A stretch of DNA of 63,939 nucleotides, counting the filler, from Thelocarpon superellum (Eukaryota): assembly GCA_026025795.1 (NCBI GenBank). It is 3 parts of 3 records of this genome, joined end to end, with 100 filler letters (N's around TTAATTAATTAA, not from the genome) between each part and the next. Parts side by side here need not be neighbours in the genome. Positions count along the whole stretch, not along the records: positions 45,830 to 63,939 come from JAPEUG010000365.1; 2 more parts are not named here. One strand, 5' to 3'. Positions 59,481 through 63,939 of the stretch are shown here, in pieces. The notes under the pieces are model-generated. The model had not been told where the DNA came from, did not search any database, and saw only the letters and a program-made list of their open reading frames with translations. The position numbers were made by a program, and so were the translations under genes. Position 1 is the stretch's first letter. Each line of letters opens with the position of its first letter.

Positions 59481-61899
59481 TCACATCAAGACACATTCCC
59501 GGTCTGGCACTTTGGGCACGCCGTCCAGGGGCGGGTCGGATCCTCCGGGTCGGCGTCGATTCCGACTCAAGCCTCTTTTCTTCTCCTTGGAACCCCAGCC
59601 CCTGGCCTCCGCCGGGGACGCAGCTGAGGCCACGCCGTCATCAGTCGATGCTTGGCCCAGCGCGTCGGGTACCTCGGCCTCGCCGCTGGCCGGCGCTCTC
59701 GACGTGTCCAACTTGTCGCGGCTCATGCGCTCGGCGAGACGGAGAAAGGTGGCGCTCAGACGACCTTCGCCTGACTGGCTGGGCTGCCGACTCTTGCTTG
59801 GAACACGATGAGATCCTGATGACCGTCGCGACAGTGAACTTAGCGTCATCCCATTCTCCTCCGTCGTCCGAGGTAGCTCGGTCCACGCGGGATCATGCCG
59901 GAGACCGTCCATGTCCACGACGTCATCCTTGGCCACCACCACTGCAGGTGGCTCGCTCGAGATGCTGGTCCGGCTCGGTGGATCCGTTGTGCCCCCAACC
60001 TCCACCGTGCCTTTACGCGACCAGTCGTATCCAGCCAACGGCCGGCTGGCCTCCTCGGCGGTGGCTGCCTCGGGCGCGGGCGCGGGCGCGGGCGCCTCAC
60101 TGCCACCGTCGCGCCTCGCTGAGTAAGCGGGCGGGGCTTCGTCATACTCGGGCGCGCTCGGCCCGTCAATGGGCTGGACCTGGTAGAAGAGAAGGTAAGG
60201 CGATTCCTCCAGGAGTGCCCGGTGGATATCCACTGCCTCCACCCGCCCATCCACCGCCAGGTCATCAAAGCGCATCCACTGGTCTTCTCCGGACCCTCCA
60301 TTCGACCGAAGGTTGTCTCCACCCGCGGACGTGTGCGCGCGGATCAGGGCGATGTAGTGTCCGGCATCGACAGAGATGCCGCGATGGCAGACGACCGACT
60401 GGAGGACCAACTTGAAATTTCCAAACAGGGCCCCGCCCTCGTCCGGGTTGTCATCTTGGATGAAGTGTGGCAAACCGATCTCGAGGGGGATATCGACCTG
60501 CGCGCCCAACCGTACCGCCCCTCCCGATGATAAGATGGAGTACCTTTTCAGGCATAGACCGAGCACCGGACGTTGCGTGGAGAAGTGGGCGGCAACCTGG
60601 GCATTGGTGGTGGGGGTGCTGCTGGTATACCATGGAATCAGGCTGAAGAACTGCCACGCCGGCATCATGACCTCCTTGCGGATCGAACTCTTCCGCTGAT
60701 GGCCCGGTTGAAATGGAATCGTCGGACTCGACCGGGGTCCATCCGATGGCTGACCTTCCTCGGTCACGACACGTTCCTGAATGATGCTGGCCGTGCGCGA
60801 GAGTGGATGCAGCGCACTGGGCGAGAGCGGATGCCAGGCGACGGGGCTCGCCTGCAATGGCGTAGACGGGCTGGCAACGTCGGAGTCCGAGTGGGCCGTG
60901 TCAACTTGGGTCAAGAAGCCCTTGCCGGCGTCGACGGTCGCACGGCGCTCCATGTGCCGCCTCACCTCGATACGGTTGTTGAAATAGGTTTCGAGGCACT
61001 CCTCCAGCGTGATAGAAGAGCCGTCGGGCACGTCGCGCGGGATGGCCACTTCAAGCAAGCGTTCGTTGACCAGCTTGTGGTCGTCAGCCGCATCCTCCTT
61101 GCCGGTGTGAAAGATGTCCATCTTCAGCGTCAGATGTGGCAGCTCGAGCGTCTCGGCGATGAAGGTAAAGGCCTCGGAGGCGTCTTGCTGCCGCATCAGA
61201 GCCGCTTCCTTCCAGCCACAGGCCGCCAGCGCCTCTTGCAGCTGACCCGTGACGTCGACGGTGATCAGCCTGCCTTTTCGGAGCAGATTGACCCACAAGC
61301 GCAGGACCGTGGCCAGCATCTGCTTGGGCTTCTCGGCGAAGGGCTTGTACAAGATGGCCTCAAAGGTGGCGAGACGGGCAAACATGGCAAACAGGAGGGC
61401 GTCGAGAAAACACGTCACGTGTTGCCGGTTCTCCGCCCCGAGTAGCCGCACGGTCGGATCATAACGGTAGATGATGCCCTCCAAGGCATCTTCATACACC
61501 ACGAGCAGGTCAAAGGCTTTGTCAGGGTCACCATCCGTGTCTTTGGATCGTAGGGCATATTCGATCTGGGATTGCTTCAGGCTGCTGATGCCCAGCCGCG
61601 CTAGTTTCTTGGAGACAGCCTTGATCTATGCCGAGTCAGCCTGCGTGTTGACATGTCTGGCGATCGCATCTCCCGGCCGCACCTTTTTCTCCTCATCCTT
61701 GCCTGGCTTCCCTTTACTCTCGGCAGAGAAGAGCCCGTAGAGATCGCCACTAACCAGCCACGGCTGGAGAGAACCGTGTCAGCTCCCGCATGGGCATATT
61801 CACCAGGCTATTCCTCATGCTGGCGGGACGAACTCTTCTCTCCTGCGTTCCGTTGCCCCGTTTCTCTCGTCGGCTGAGGAAGCGATTCAGTCCGCTCAT
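59481..61899 (-). CDS. Ubiquitin-specific protease (USP/UCH fold, CYLD-like) with C-terminal CAAX, 3 exons
   Basis: Cys box LLGAENRQHVTCFLDALLFAMF, QQDASEAF, His box LQSVVCHRGISVDAGHYIALIR, WMRFDD and YLLFY; ends ...DRECVLM*. Two 5' introns link it to MSGLNRFLSRREKR. Confidence 0.9.
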
Positions 61900-62714
61900 C
61901 CTGGCGGCCTCTACGAGGTGTAGCGGAGGGTCGACTGGAGTCCCGGGGCGCTCGCACAGGACCCGCACTGCGCATCCATATACCGGGTCAAATTGGTCGG
62001 CCAGCGGGGTCGAGATAAGGGTGGGGCCCGTCCGCTAGGGCTGTTGCCTGTAGCAAGTGACCACCCAAGAGCGTGACGAATACATGCCACAGCCACAAGG
62101 TGCGTGTTCAATTAGGAGGAAAACGTTTGGCATCCAGTGACGGAGAGGCTGTTTGCAAAGCAATCGCGTCGGGCGAGCAATGGTAGGAGGGTGTCTGTTG
62201 GCGGGGGGAGGAGCAGAGGGAGGAGGAGTGGAGAGATACTGCAGGGAGCAAGCAGCTAACGATCGACGCCCGAGGACGACGACGACGACGACGAAAAGCG
62301 ACCAATCTGGAGCTGTTGTTGGACGCTAGTCTGCAGGAGCGGAAGACCTCCAGACTGTTTACCCCCAGCACCAGCATGGAACCACAGCTAATTCGGGAGC
62401 CCCCGTTCACTGAGTCAGTACGAGTGCTCTGGAGCACTCCCAATTATTTGGGCGCAGACTTCTTCTATGTCATGGGGCGCCTCTTGAATTACACGAAGCG
62501 TGCCCTTTCAATGGTAGGGTTGGGGGTTACGGAGACTATGGTCCACCCGCTGCCTCCCATAATCTTTGGACCAATCGAAACTCTCCGATCTTCATGAGGA
62601 ACTGCTACTAGAGTTCACTAACCGACGTCCGCGTTCGCACGCTGGCTCTGCGTAAATGTGATCGGCTTCCTCGTGCACGCGGCTTCGGACACCACATCTG
62701 AGGCCAAACCGGCG

Positions 62715-63939
62715 ATGGCGAACTGGGACATTCCCATCCGCTGTGCGCGTGGCATTCTGCCCCGGTCACGACCCATGTGGAAATCTGCAAGCACAACGCA
62801 GTACCGGCAGCACTCTCATGAGGTCCCCAACACCGACCTGGCCGAGGACGTCGAACCCGCATCCTCCCTCGCCGCCTCCGTCCCGCCAGAGGAGGTGATC
62901 AAGTCTTTTGATCCCATTGCCCGCAGTCGTGCTCGAAATCGAGAGCTTCCACCAAGTCGGTGCGTTCCCCGAGAGACCCGCCCTGCCCAATGTTGCTGAT
63001 GATTCCCTTTCGGTCAGCTATGCCTTTCGCCCGCCGAAATACTATCGTGGCCCTCTCCATCCCTACCAGCCGCCTCCGGCTTCGTCTCCGTCCTCTCGAG
63101 TTTTCGTCCCCGGACCCTTCACTCTCCCCCGGCTGGAACAGACATACCACAGCACCGTGGCACCCGACCTCCTCACTCTGACCTACGAACACCGACCCCT
63201 AGGCCTCCCCCCCAGATCCACCGCCGATCGGCTACGGCCCTGGGACGGCACCTCGCCATACCATCTCAACCGACCTCTCCGAGGCCCACGCGGTGGCTCG
63301 GCCCTCCGCCTCCTCCGCAAACCCACCACATTCCAGAACATCCCCAAGCTCGAACGGATTACTGTGCACAGCATGTCGCGGGGCGCCCTAGAGAGCTCGG
63401 CCTACCTGCACGTGGCGGGCATGGTCGTGCAAGCCATCACATCCGTCCGGGCAACCGTATGCAAGTCGAAGAAAAACGTCGTCGACTGGGGCCTGCGCGA
63501 GGGCAAGTATATGGCAGTCAAGAGCGAACTCCGCGGCGAGGAAATGTTCCATTTTCTGAGCCGGTGCATCGACGTCGTCCTGCCGCGCATCAAAGACTAC
63601 AAGGGCGTCAAGGGCAGCGCAGGCGATTCAAGCGGGAACCTCACCTTTGGCCTGGATCCGGAAGCTGTCGCCTTGTTCCCTGAAATCGAAGTCAATTACG
63701 ACATGTAAGTGACATCTCCTACCTCTTTTGCCACCTTCCAGCGATGTACCTCTTTCCGGCGATGTCTCTCTTTCCAGCGATGTCTCTCTTTCCAGCGATG
63801 TCTCTCTTTCCAGCGATGTCTCTCTCTCCAGCGATGTCTCTCTACGTGGCAACCCCGAGCGAACAAAAATGAAGAGAAGGCTAAGATGAGACGACGAATC
63901 AGGTATCCGCCCAAGATGATCCCCGGCTGCCACATCACG
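62715..63939 (+). CDS. MRPL7: Mitochondrial large-subunit ribosomal protein uL5m (MrpL7), 3' end outside the window (introns 62960-63017, 63705-63902)
   Basis: Motifs PPKYYRGPLHP, NIPKLERITVH, WGLREGK...VVLPRIKDYKGV...GDSSGNLTFGL...FPEIEVNYDM and, after intron 2, YPPKMIPGCHIT. Confidence 0.93.
63736..63843. repeat. 18-nt minisatellite (TTCCAGCGATGTCTCTCT), about 6 copies, inside uL5m intron 2
   Basis: Directly visible tandem copies between the GTAAGT donor at 63705 and the acceptor at 63902. Confidence 0.95.

Noticed and set aside
59481..61899. Naming the DUB creB
   Set aside because: Its Cys box and N-terminus do not match the CreB/USP12-46 pattern as I recall it, so no symbol is given.
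63736..63843. CRISPR-like interpretation of the tandem repeats
   Set aside because: Head-to-tail repeats without unique spacers, in a eukaryotic intron, with no cas genes.

Overview
GC-rich eukaryotic DNA from a filamentous ascomycete (Pezizomycotina). The evidence is short GT-AG spliceosomal introns with CTRAC/CTRAT branch sites and typical fungal gene families. About 21 protein-coding genes can be assembled by hand. In order: Boi1/Pob1 polarity scaffold, SP-RING (MIZ) zinc-finger protein, Pth11-like membrane protein, Dal5-family MFS permease, FAD monooxygenase, Yap-type bZIP factor, NmrA-like reductase, Yox1-like homeodomain protein, flavin amine oxidase, dienelactone hydrolase, GT8 glycosyltransferase, mitochondrial carrier, Cdc14, Pcc1, a conserved hypothetical protein, the 5' end of an Est1/SMG7-like gene, a C2H2 (ZNF511-like) protein, Sth1/Snf21, a BAR protein, a secreted Cys-rich protein, a USP-fold deubiquitinase and mitochondrial uL5. 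There are two artificial 100-nt scaffold gaps and several minisatellites. Most of the supplied ORF track is GC-driven shadow ORFs. I found no tRNA, rRNA, CRISPR array or intact transposon, and no clearly new multi-gene system. The best leads are three: (1) a deubiquitinase with a CYLD-like core, a UBA-like N-terminus and a polybasic + CAAX tail; (2) a secreted protein resembling M35 metallopeptidases but lacking the HEXXH zinc site; (3) an Est1/SMG7-like gene whose body disappears into a gap. All family assignments come from recognising motifs by eye, not from database searches.
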